DNA of 61,140 nucleotides, counting the filler, from Squatina squatina (lineage: Eukaryota): assembly GCA_031763465.1 (NCBI GenBank). It is 4 parts of 4 records of this genome, joined end to end, with 100 filler letters (N's around TTAATTAATTAA, not from the genome) between each part and the next. Parts side by side here need not be neighbours in the genome. Positions count along the whole stretch, not along the records: positions 1 to 12,523 come from JARFOE011049290.1; 3 more parts are not named here. One strand, given 5' to 3'. The translations under genes were made by a program, and so were the position numbers. Shown one piece after another: positions 1 to 11,244 of the stretch; position 1 is the first letter of the stretch; every line of letters starts with the position of its first letter. The notes beneath the pieces are model-generated. The model was not told the DNA's origin. It did not search any database and was given only the letters and a program-made list of their open reading frames with translations.

Positions 1-265
1 GATGGGCAAAGTGCTAATGTACTGGCCAAAGCAAAGTTTCAGATTTAGTAGATATGAAGATGCTATTGTACTGACCGGAGAAGTTGTATCTGATTTAGTA
101 GATAGCGGAAAAGCTGGTGCACTGACGAGAGAAGATGCATCTGATTTAGTAGACGGTCAGAGTGTGAGAGCACTGAGCTGAGAAGGTGTAACTTATTTAA
201 TAGGCAATGAGAGTACAAGTGTACTGACTAGAAAAGTCATGTCTGATTTAGTAGATGGTCAGAGC
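1..265 (-). repeat. Degenerate 51-bp (17-codon) tandem repeat encoding Ser/Thr-rich PSTKSD... units with stop codons
   Basis: TCTGATTTAGTAGA-like motif recurs at ~40, 89, 140, 191 and 242. A minus-strand frame reads PSTKSDMTFLVSTLVLS..., PSTKSDASSLVSAPAFP, LSTKSDTTSPVSTIAS, with stops at 259-261, 193-195 and 157-159. Confidence 0.7.
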
Positions 266-266
266 A

Positions 267-3200
267 CTAGTGCTCACTGTTCACCGTGGTCTCAGTCTCA
301 CTGGTCACCGTGAGCGCAGTCTCACTGGTCACCGTGGGCTCAGTCTCACTGGTCCCCGTGGGCTCAGTCTCACTGTTCACCGTGAGCGCAGTCTCACTGT
401 TCACCATCGGCACAGTGTCACTGGTCACTGTGGGCAGAGTCTCACTGGTCGCCGTGGGCAGAGTCTCACTGGTCACCATGGGCACAGTGTCACTGGTCAC
501 CATGAGCGCAGTCTCACTTGTCATTGTCGGCGAATTCTCACTGATCACTGTGGGCGCATTCTCACTGGTCACCGTGGGCACAGTGTCAGTGGTCACCATG
601 GGCTCAGTGACACTGGTCACCGTGAGCGCAGTGGCACTAGTCACCATGGGCTCTGTCTCACTGGTCACCGTGGGTAGAGTCTCACTGTTCACCATGGGCT
701 CAGTCTCACTGGTCACCATGGGCACAGTGTCATTGGTCACCGTGGGCAAAATCTCACTGGTCACCGTGGGCTCAGTCTCACTGGTCAGCATGGGTAGAGT
801 CTCACTGTTCACCATGGGCAGAATCTCACTGGTCACCGTGGACACAGTTGCAATGGACACTGTGGGCACAGTCTCACTGGTCACCATCAGCTCAGTCTCA
901 CTGGTCACCGTGGGCTCAGTCTCACTGCTCACCGTGGGCTCAATCTCACTGGTCACCGTGGGCACAAATGCACTGCTGGCGCCAGGCACAGTTGCACTGG
1001 TCACCATGGGGACAGTCTCACTGGTGGCATCAGGCACAGTCGCACTGGTCACCGTGGGCACAGTTCCATTGCTGGCAACAGGCACAGTCTCACTGGTCAC
1101 CATGGGCATAATCACACTGGTCACCAAGGGCACAATCGCACTGGTCACCAAGTGCACAATCACACTGGTGGCAAAAGGCACAGTCGCACTGGGCACCATG
1201 GGCGCAGTCTCACTGGTCACCGTGGGCGCAGTCTCACTGGTCACTGTGGGTGCAGTCTCACTGGTCACCGTGGGAACAGTGTCATTGGTAACCAAGGGCA
1301 CAATCGCACTGGTCACCAAGGGCACAATCGCACTGGTGGCAACAGGCACAGTCGCACTGGTCACCATGGGCTCAGTCTCACTTGTCACCATGGGCACAGT
1401 GTCATTGGTCACCATGGGCAACATCTCACTGGTCACTGTGGGCGCAGTCTCACTGGTCACCGTGGGCAGAGTCTCACTGGTCACCGTGGGCATCGTCTCA
1501 CTGGGCACTGTGGGCTCAGTCTCACTGGTCATCGTGTGCACAAACGCACTGCTGGCAACAGGCACATTTCCACTGGTCACCATGGGGACAGTCTCACTGG
1601 TCACCATGGGCACAGTCTTACTGGTGGCGTCAAGCACAGTCACAATTGTCACCGTGGGCACAGTCGCAATGGTCACCGTGGGCACTGGCGCATTGCTGGC
1701 AACAGGCACAGTCTCACTGGTCACCATGGGCACAATCACACTGGTCACCAAGGGCACAATTGCTCTGGTGGCAACAGGCACAGTCGCACTGGTCACCATG
1801 GGCACAGTTGCACTGGTCACCATGGGCACAGTCTCACTGGTAATCGTGGGCATAGTCACACTGTTGGCAACAGGCACAGTCGCACTGGTCATGGTGGGCA
1901 CAGTCTCACTGGTCACCATTGGCATAGTCTGACTAGGCACCGTGGTCTCAGTGTGACTGGTCACCGTGGGCACTGTCTCACTGGTCACCGTGGGCAGAGT
2001 CTCACTGGTCACCGTGGGCAGAGTCTCACTGGTCACCATGGGCACAGTGTCAGTCGGTACCGTGGGCACAGTGTCAGTGGTCACCGTGGGCACTGTCTCA
2101 CTGGTCACCCTGGGCTCACTCTCACTGGTCACCGTGGGCACAGTCTCACTGGTCACCATGGGCTCAGTCTCAATGGTCACCATGGGCACAGTGTCAGTGG
2201 TCACCGTGGGCACAGTGTCAGTGGTCAACATGGGCAGAGTCTCACTGGTCACCGTGGGCACAGTGTCAGTGGTCACCGTGGGCACAGTCTCACTGGTCAC
2301 CGTGTGCACAATCTCACTGGTCACCATGGGCTCAGTCTCAATGGTCACCATGGGCTCAGTCTCACTGGTCACCGTGGGCACAGTCTCACTGGTCACCGTG
2401 GGCTCAGTGTCATTGGTCACCATGGGCTCAGTCTCACTGGTCACCATTGGCAAAATCTCACTGGTCACCGTGAGCAAAATCTCACTGGTCACCGTGGGCT
2501 CAGTCTCACTGGTCACCGTGGGCACAGTCTTACTGGTGGCGTCAGGCACAGTCGCAATTGTTACGGTGGGCACAGTCGCAATGTTCACCGTGGGCACAGA
2601 CACACTGGTCACCACGGGCACAGTTGCATTGCTGGCAACAGGCACAGTCTCACTGGTCACCAAGGGCACAATCACACTGGTCACCAAGGGCACAATCGCA
2701 CTGGTTGCGACAGGCACAGTCGCACTTGTCACCATGGGCACGGTCGTACTGGTCACCATTCGCACAGTCTTGCTGGTCAACGTGGGCAGAGTCGCACTGG
2801 TGGCGACAGGCAGAGTCTCACTGATCAACGTGGGCAGAGTCTCACTGATCACCGTGGGCAGAGTCTCACTGGTCACCGTGGCCAGAGTCTCACTGGTCAC
2901 CGTGGGCACAGTCTCACTGGTCACCGTGGGCACAGTCTCACTGGTCGCCATGGGCGCAGTCTCACTGGTCACCGTGGGCTCAGTCCCACTGGACACAATT
3001 AATGCAGTCTCACTGGTCCAAGAATCCATATTTGTGGATAAACTGGAAGGCAATAACGATGCTGTGGAAGTTGTAGGCTGTGCTTCTGAACTGGGCGCTG
3101 GTCTGGTTCTAGCAAGCAAAGAGGAGCTTTGCATTGATACAGAGAGACTGTGCGATAGCGGCGAAGTTGGACTCCTCATGGACGTGGTTGTACTTTTGAT

Positions 3201-3301
3201 GTGGTGGCTCACAGTCCTGGAGTTGATAGAAAGCGCTGTCTGGGATTCGGTGAGTGTCGGGAGCATCTTGGTCATGGAATGCGCTCTGGTCATCGTTGTC
3301 A
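267..3301 (-). CDS. Mucin-like PTS exon, ~1010 aa, made of 8-aa repeats (consensus T-V-P-T/M-V-T-S-E); probable 3' exon of the cobalamin-carrier-like gene
   Basis: Uninterrupted 1011-codon minus-strand frame that is Thr/Val/Ser/Pro/Glu-rich. Candidate acceptor ccaacttttcacag ends at 3302 (phase 1). Stop TAG at 267-269; an internal donor A|gtgagc near 277 is also possible. Confidence 0.75.
270..3020. repeat. 24-bp coding tandem repeat, ~114 units (CTGGTCACCGTGGGCACAGTCTCA on +)
   Basis: Strict 24-bp period visible throughout, with no frame-disrupting indels. Confidence 0.97.
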
Positions 3302-4989
3302 CTGTGAAAAGTTGGAGACACTTTGGAAAGTAATTATTGGAGGCAACTGACAGTGACTTCAGACATATTCAGAGACGCAAAATGGACAGGATCGCATTTG
3401 CTAACCGTTCTGTTATTCAGTTCTGTAAAAATTAATGGCACTGAATATCAGGCAGTGCGTTTAAAAGGAAAGACACGGGACAACGAAGCCATACCGCCTG
3501 ATTCGCGCGCCTGCCCTTGTCGAATTTCACCCACAACTTCTGGTGACACGCTTAAAATCAGCTGTTATTTAAAGTGAAGCTCAGGTACCAACAATCTCTG
3601 CATTGCAAAGTGTGACCATCGTCATATGTGAAGATCACTGTCGATATCTACATTGGAGAACCTCCCACTGGGTGTGAGGCCAAGCAGATGGCTCAGGGCT
3701 TCCAATTCTTCCACCCGAAAACTGAGCAAAGCAAAGGGTTCAGGAAGGCCAAGGAGTGAGTGTGGAAAATCCCCACTTCAGTGTTGTTGGCAAATACCCC
3801 GAGCAAATATTGTGAAACTGCGGTGTAATTTAAAACTAACTGATTAAAACCATAAGGCTATAATTATCGGGACTGTGAGATGTTCAGCATCCTGTAGGAG
3901 GAGCCCAGAGTTTTACTCTTCACTACTCTCTGAGATGGGTGAAAAAGGCAGAAGTCAGGGTAGTTAGGAGAGGCCCTTTGTGTGAATTCACTCCCACTAC
4001 AAGGTGGTTCATTTCAAACTGCTCTCTGAAGTTGATTCGGAAGCCACAAGCCAGGACAACTCGATCTGCCCAATATGTGACTGCAGTCCAGCGCCAAAGT
4101 GGTTGACTCTTAACTGCTCTCTGAAGGGACCTTCATTTGGATCAAATCAATACCAGTAGTTCAAGGAGAAGTCCCTCCATCAACTTTTCAAGGACACCTA
4201 AAGGTGGACAATAAATGATAGCCTTGCCACCGTGGCCCATGTTCTGAGAATTTACTTTCTGCTCTTTAAGTAGCCTACCATCCTCCCAACTCAAATTTAT
4301 TCTGACCTGGTTTAACAGGGAAGTTGTCAAAAACGGCTATCTGAAATCTTGCTCGTATTTCGGAGTCTCTAAATCTAATCAGAAGCAACAGAAGGCCAAC
4401 ATCTGCTTCGGGTCTTCTGACATTCTTGCTGTTCATTGAATCACAGCTTTTATTCTGTTTTGCTCAGATTTAAGGTAATTGGAAAAAAAGTACCGGAGGC
4501 AAGAGTTTCTTTTGTTTTTTTAAAGAATGAGTTGTTACTTTCTGGAATGCACTGCCTGAAAGGGCGGTGTGAGCAGATTCAATAGTAACTTTCAAAGGAG
4601 AATTGGATACATAATGCAAGGGAACTAATTGCACGACTATGAGGAGATGGAAGGGCACTGGGATTAATTGGATTGCACTGTCAAAGAGCCAGCACACGCT
4701 CAATGAGCAGAATGGTCTCAATTTTTACGGTGTGCTTCTATGATTCAATTACATTCACTGTTTCTTGTACATTTTGATTCGTCACCCAGAGCGAGTAGCT
4801 TCTCATCTGTCCATGCTGGGAGCAGAGCATCCAGAAAACTGTGGAGCTGATCATTGGACGCTAGGAAATGAACCTTTCCAATTTTGCTTCGGTTATTTTC
4901 ATTGCACGTTCAGCTATCGCTGTGTAAACTTCCCGCCACATTCTCCATTATAAACAGCAGCTATCAGCTCTTAAAGCTGAGGAGTGGGG

Positions 4990-5250
4990 TCAATTTAGAT
5001 ATGGTCGGGTACCCCACACATCTGGAATCTCTCTAGATATGGATGGGTTCCCCACACATCTAGAATCAATTTGATATGGATGGGTACCCCACACATTCGG
5101 AATCAATCTAGATATGGATGGGTACCCCACACATCTGGAATCAATCTAGATATGGATGGGTACCCCACACATCTGGAATCAATCTAGATATAGATGGGTA
5201 CCCCACACATCCAGAATCATTCCAGATATAGATTGGGACCCCACACAGCC
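4990..5250. repeat. 38-bp intronic minisatellite, ~6-7 copies
   Basis: GATATGGATGGGTACCCCACACATCTGGAATCAATCTA repeated in tandem. Confidence 0.9.
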
Positions 5251-5431
5251 GGACACCCTCTGACCAACCATTGAAGGACACACCTGATATTCAGCTCTAT
5301 TGAAGTCATTGGGACCGAATATGAGGCAGAGCGGATAACGGACGATTAAAGCACAATGCACGCTTTACATCCTCGCTGTGTCGAATTTCCCCCTCCCTCA
5401 TACTTGCTCCGGTCTGTAGCACTACCCTTAC

Positions 5432-5618
5432 ATTTATAAACAGGACAGCTTATCCTGCTGACATCCAGGTAACTCCTTCCTCCAAGGGCTATCGCCGCCT
5501 CTGACACTCTTGTTAGGTTCTCCAAGTTTCCGTGAGACATTTCATGCAGCATTTTCCGCACAGATTTGGTGCAATTATAGACATGTGAGGTGTACACGTT
5601 TATGTTTTCAGAAAGTGC
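5432..5618 (-). CDS. Exon of a transcobalamin/haptocorrin/intrinsic-factor-family protein (end of alpha domain)
   Basis: Acceptor ttttcaccccag|, donor T|gtaagg. Translates ALSENINVYTSHVYNCTKSVRKMLHEMSHGNLENLTRVSEAAIALGGRSYLDVSRISCPVYK, resembling TCN1 AL...WNCQQTLNTVLTEISQGAFSNPNAAAQVLPALMGKTFLD...C. Confidence 0.85.
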
Positions 5619-6049
5619 CTGGGGTGAAAAGAAAGCTACAATAATGTTACTATTTCATGTCAATGCTCCAGAGATCATTTTATCTTAGCACATGTGATCT
5701 GTGTTTGAAAGCTTTGTAGCTTAAAGTTTCAGTCAATGGAAATAACAATCGAGGAGATTTACACGGGGCAGCAGATGGATACATTCTCACTGGTCACCAT
5801 GGTTACAGTCATCACTCGTTTTACGCCATCGCATGAATTCGTAATCTACCCAAGATGAATTCTGACCAGGATACAATTCAGAATAGGTTACTATGTGGTG
5901 AGAACACACTTAGACCACTGTGAGTCGATCTGGCCTGTTTAGACCAATTAGAGCTCTCTGCCCAGTTCTGTTCTCCATATTACTAAAGTGACACCGAGGC
6001 ACTTTTGAAGGTGCAAAGATATTCACAAGGATGATAGCAGAACTGGTTA

Positions 6050-6480
6050 TAAATTCCCAGAGAGACTGAACAGGCTGGGACTTCTGTTGCCGGAGAGGTG
6101 AGCAGAAAGAAGTCTTCAAAATTATGAAGGGATTTCATACAGTAGACATGGAGAAGATATTTCCACTTGTGGGATGAAACCAAAAATTGGGTCATAAATA
6201 TAAGGTAGTCACTAATGAATCCAATAAGAAACTCAGGAGATACATCTTTGCTTAGAGAATGATCAGTTTGAATGTGGATCCCGCTGGTAAAATGAGCGAT
6301 TGAGGCGAATAGCATGAATAAATTTATGGGCAACCAATAAAAGTACATGAAGGAGAAAGGAAAAGAAGAATATGTTGACAGGGTAAAATAAATTACGTTG
6401 CCTGCAGGCTTGTCTGGAGCATATACACGGGCATAGATCAGTTGGTGTAAATTCTGTGCTGTAAATTCAATGCAAGGTTC
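6050..6480 (+). mobile_element. Decayed CR1 LINE 3' fragment
   Basis: Degenerate RT C-terminal pattern (RLGL...FKIMKGF..VD.EKIFPLV) followed by a CR1-like tail. Confidence 0.6.
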
Positions 6481-6739
6481 AACTAGTTTCTCAATATAAC
6501 CCACCATCCTGTTAATAATGTTTATCACCACTTCACGGATTTGATTTGATGAGCTTTGGGTTAATTAGCATTCTTTGGAGGTAATTTAACTTTGCCGATG
6601 GTGCAAATGACCAATTTCGAATGAACCGCCCACGGTAAATCACGCTCGATTTTCCTTTTCATTGAAGTCAATGGACGGGAAAAATGGAAGTGTGAAAATT
6701 GACGGCGAATTTGATAGAACTCATTTTACATGTTCACCA

Positions 6740-7110
6740 AACAACAGCAACAAATCAACAGTAACTTTTATTTATACAGCGCCTGTAATGCAGTAAAACG
6801 TCCTAAGTCACTGCATAGGAGAGCTTTCAAACAATATTTAACACCGAGCCAACATAAAGAGATATCAGGACTGCTGGCCAAAAGCTTGACTAAAGAGGTA
6901 GGTTTTATGGAACGTCTTTAAAGAAGAAAGAGGGGGAGAGGCGAGAGGTTTAGGGAGGGAATTACAGAGCTTAGGGACACGACAGCGAAAGTCTCAGCAG
7001 CCAATGGGGATACAGAGGGCAGAATTGGAGGAGCTCAGGCTTTTCAGAGGGTTGTGGGATTGGGGGAAATTACAGAGACAAGGAGTGGCAAGGCCATGTA
7101 GAGAGTGAGA
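6740..7110 (-). mobile_element. L2-type LINE 3' end
   Basis: TTTATTTATACAGCGCCT...AAAGAGGTAGGTTTT...GGTTTAGGGAGGGAATTACAGAGCTTAGGG is typical of a reverse-oriented L2 tail. Confidence 0.6.
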
Positions 7111-7410
7111 TCAAGGAAGCCAAAAGATAAAATCATCCTTCAAACCTCTTTCAACCCTCCGCTCCTGGGGAGTTCAATCCCAACAATGGTCTAGAGCCGT
7201 CTCCACATCTTCCACTATGCTGCACTTTGGGTTTGTTCACAATGAACGTCACCTGAACACATTAAGCACCGATACACCAATATCGCAATATTAGTTGTAA
7301 GCTCTTGTTTACAGTCTATCAGTTAATGTGGTGTGGAGAAGCTGCTATGTATTAATTGCCCTTAACTGCAATTAAACTAATAACGAATTTCTAATTTCAC
7401 ATCAACTTAC

Positions 7411-7586
7411 CTGCATGGCGAGCCCTGTACTGCTCAAGCCCCCAATGATCCCGTCCTCTCTCACTTCACTGAGAATCCGCCTCATTATGCTCGTTAAAGC
7501 CCTTGTGATGTGAAGTCGAGCTCCGCCTATTGGTTGTTGTGAATGTATCAAACACCTCAGACTAAGTGCAGCAGTGGCCATTGAAT
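7411..7586 (-). CDS. Exon of a transcobalamin/haptocorrin/intrinsic-factor-family protein (alpha domain)
   Basis: Acceptor ttcctgtgttgtag|, donor CAG|gtaagt. Translates (D)SMATAALSLRCL...RRILSEVREDGIIGGLSSTGLAMQ, matching the family motifs DTxAMAxLALTC and ILS...GxIGNxxSTGxAMQ. Phases fit both neighbouring exons. Confidence 0.9.
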
Positions 7587-7889
7587 CTACAACACAGGAA
7601 ACAAATACCATTTTTTAACAGAGAAAATTTCACAGGAGAATCGGTAACAAAAGGAAACAGAAGTAAGATATTGGAAAAGACCCTGAAGGCAGAAGGGGAT
7701 CATTTTATTTACACAGCGAGTGGGTGTAATCTGGAATGCACTACCTGAAAGGGTGGTAGGAGTGGATTCAAAGGGTATTGGATAGATACCTGAAAATAAA
7801 AAACAAACAGTGCGATGTGAAAAGTAGCTAAATGGGGCTGAACGGATGGTTCATTCAAAGAGCCAATTTCATTGCTCACTTTTCACCAA

Positions 7890-8815
7890 CTATTATCCGT
7901 GAACAAGGGTAATCTCTTTCAAAATTCCATCTAATAGGTATCTTCACTGACCAAAACCTGTAAACCCAGGTCACCTCTATCGAACCTCCATCAAATGGAT
8001 ACATTAACTGACCGTGACCTGTGAACCCATGTTCACAAGGACGATGGACAGAATGGTGTCCATCTGCAAGGTTGGATGATTAGATGATGTCCGGAGCCCA
8101 TGACGCATGAGAGATCCGAGAACCCATTGCTGAAGAGACACTTCCCAACTTTCCACTCATTTTACTCTCAGTCCGTTGCCCAATGGAGTCTCTCCCCAGC
8201 AGAAGTTTAAAAATGCCTGAATGCAGAGACTCGGCCTTGTCCTGAACTATACAGATCTTAGAAGAACTTGGGGCAAAGGGGGCAAGGCTGCGATGCTGAA
8301 ATGCTACTTGTGATAACACATGCAAGTTTGAAATTGGCCTTGAGCGGGAATGCAGTCCTGCTGGTAATGTATTTTGCGATCATTATGCACCCCCGCCCGA
8401 TATTTGGTTCTACTGCCTGTTTTACACGCTCACCCAGGTCAAATTTCACCGCACACTCTTCAAGAACTATCACCTGTGAAGCAGGGTAATCTCTTTCAAA
8501 ATGTCATCAAATAGATATCTTCACTGACCAAAACCTGTAAACCCAGGTCACTTCTATCAAACCTCCATCAATTGGGTATCTTCACTGACCATAACCTGGA
8601 ACCCAGGTAAACTCTTTCCACAACTCCATCAATGGGTATCTTCACTGAACATAACCTGTGAACCCAGATAAACTCTTTCTACAACTCCATCAAATGGGTA
8701 TCTTCACTGACCATAACCTGTGAACCAAGATAAACTCTTTCAAAACAGCATCAAATGGGCATCTTAACTGACCGTTACCTGTGAACCCAAGTAACCACTC
8801 TCTACAACTCCATCA
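7890..8815. repeat. ~60-62-bp minisatellite in two blocks (~7890-8035 and ~8475-8815) separated by unique sequence
   Basis: TCTTCACTGACCATAACCTGTGAACCCAGGTAAACTCTTTCAAAACTCCATCAAATGGGTA-like units. Confidence 0.85.
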
Positions 8816-8867
8816 GAAGGATGTTATTGGAACAATAAAATGAAACGTGGTGTCTGCACATACATAC

Positions 8868-9023
8868 CTACAGGTAGTTCTTTCACATGTTGAGCGATAT
8901 GCTCCTCCTGAGCCTGAGCAAAATTATTAATGATAAAGCCAGGGACAGGTTCCTCGTCCTGACACAGCGCCAGCATTGCCAGGTTGGCTTCAGTAAAGGC
9001 CTTTAGAGAATATCCAGCGTTGT
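8868..9023 (-). CDS. Exon of a transcobalamin/haptocorrin/intrinsic-factor-family protein (alpha domain); missed by the ORF track
   Basis: Acceptor gtattttacag|, donor G|gtatgt. The 156-bp phase 1-1 exon reads NAGYSLKAFTEANLAMLALCQDEEPVPGFIINNFAQAQEEHIAQHVKELPV, aligning with TCN1 NGTPLTNYYQLSLDVLALC...FSV. Its last G plus AT of the next exon gives the conserved Asp (VDS). Confidence 0.85.
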
Positions 9024-11039
9024 CTGTAAAATACAGTGACAGATTCTGGCATTAGTGATGTGATTCACGTTTGACAAACGGCAAAGACAGATGTGAGAAT
9101 CCGACACTGGTTCGTTCTACATCCTCTTAAACAGGCCAATTATGCTACACCTGAGCCTCCTAACACCTTACTTCATCTCACCCGAGCAGCTTACCGTTCT
9201 ATTTATTTCTCCCTCATGTACTTGTCTAGCTTTCCCTTTAATGCAACAATACCATTCACCTCAACTTCCCTTTGTGGGAGCAGATTCCACATTCTCACTC
9301 ATCTTCGGGTAAATAAATTTCTCCTGAACATCCCCTTGCTTTTACTCGTGACTACTTTATAGTTATGGCCCCGAGTTATAGTCTACCCTGCAAGTGGAAA
9401 CATCTGCTCTACGCCTATGCTGTCGACACACTTCATCATTTTAAAGACTTCTCTTAGATCACCTCTCAGTCTTCAGTGTCCAGATGAAAGAGCCCAGGCC
9501 TGGTCGGCCTTCCTTGCCTAATAACATAGGTAATAATAAGTAGTTAAGTAAATGATCCAAGTGTTTAGTTTCAAGGGTAGTATTTTAAATAATTGTCTTT
9601 ATAAACCAGTAGTCCGCGATCATATTCCCATTAGGACTTATGTCAATTAGTTCCTTTAATATGTGCTGGGTAAATATCTGGTCTTTTCCGGGTTTGGAGG
9701 TAATGGGAAGAGGTAGAGACTGATAAAGTAATTATCTACTGATGTTTACAGCGGCAGGAATCAACTGAGCTGGCAGTGGGACTGTTGATTAACCGGATAG
9801 CAGCAGACTGTTATGGGAATAGAATTCGATTTTTTTTTTAGATTAAAACAGGCTGAGGTGAGCTTGAGACGGGAGGTTATGCCAGGAGTTACAGATTAAG
9901 ATAAGACTGGGTTGTAGGTCATGTGGATAGATAAAGACATTCGATCGGATTGGAAATAATGGCACACATATAGGCTGAGAGGAAAATTGGATTGGATTTT
10001 TTTAGGAATATGTGAAAAATCAGACCGGGATGGGATTAGCGTTTACGAGTCAAGTACAGAATGTGATAAAAATGAAATGGGGATCCTGGAAACAGGCATA
10101 GAATTATATAGGAATGGAGTTGAAAGCTATAGAGATAGGTATGGAATAAGATCACAATTGGATTGGAGGTAATGAGCCCTGAAAGAGGCTGAGATAGCAA
10201 GGGGATTGGAGGCTACATTCTCAGGTACAGACTGAAATATGAGTGTCATTGGAGTTAATGAGGGCTGGGGCAGGCAAAGATAGTGAAATTGTATGAAATT
10301 GTATGGACCTTGATCTTCTGGAGCCTGTGGATTGAAGGGTTGTTTTTTTTGAAGTAGGCTGGGTTGGGGTTGCTTAGAATTACACAGGATTTACAGCACA
10401 GAAACAGGCCATTCAGCCCAACCAGCCCGTGCCGGTGTTTAAGCTCCACTCATGTCTCCTTTTCCTAAGGATTTCGCCAAACTTTCTATTCCCCTTCCCC
10501 TCAGATATTTATCTAGCCTGCCCTTAAACGCATCTAAACTATTAGCCTCAAGTGCCTCATTCATTTAGCAAAGCAGTGATATATAATTTTATACTATTTG
10601 ACAGAAGAACGTGTAGGTTGAAGGCACCAAACATAGAATCACTTTTTTCAGAGGCTATGGAAGTGGAATAGGGGAAATACTACAGTGAAACAAATCTGTT
10701 GGGAGGTCAGCGGGAAATTGGGGCATTTAAGGGGAGGCAGTCGAAGGAGAATCAAGGCTGAGGAAAATGATGGAAATTACATTGATCTGGAAGTAGAATC
10801 TTCTAATTTGTTCCCTACAAGTTACCCTGAGGTTTCGTGAAACGAGCAGAAGTCAAACTTCCAGAGGGCGTTTATTCAAGGCTCTGTTCAAATGAAACAT
10901 CACTTTTATATTCCAGCCACCTTGCGATAAATCCACACCTGCTATTAGCCACGCTGTGTCTGTGCACCAGCTTTTACTGATTTGTATTAAGGGACACTCT
11001 AAACTCTTTGCTCCTTCTCAGCTCTTGGACTCCCGGCAT

Positions 11040-11185
11040 TCCACTGGAGTAGTGCAGGAAGTGCTTTCGTGACAGAGGCGCCGTCCTTTCGAAAATATGT
11101 TGAGCCTGAGCTACCTCCTGTGTGTTAATTTGACTTTTAAAATTACCCTCTTTGAAGATGAGAAAGGAATTCTGATTTCCTGAAT
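11040..11185 (+). mobile_element. DeuSINE-like SINE fragment
   Basis: AGTGCAGGAAGTGCT...CAGAGGCGCCGTCCTTTCG...TTTGAAGATGAGAAAGGAATTCT resembles the Deu core. Confidence 0.45.
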
Positions 11186-11244
11186 GAGACTTTGTCGCGA
11201 TTCCTTCCATGCTCAAATAGCTGTTTGGAGCTGCCTTGCTGTAC

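Noticed and set aside
255-3333. Long + strand ORFs (Val/Thr/Gly-rich 548 and 455 aa; His/Gly-rich 616 aa; Trp/Ser-rich)
   Set aside because: These are shadow frames of the 24-bp repeat. Only the minus frame is fully open, has PTS composition and shares a strand with the spliced exons.
4990-5250. 38-bp repeats as a CRISPR array
   Set aside because: Head-to-tail copies with no unique spacers, no cas genes, and an intronic eukaryotic context.
5786-5810. Single copy of the mucin repeat motif (TCTCACTGGTCACCATGG) in an intron
   Set aside because: Too short to distinguish from chance, with no exon signals.
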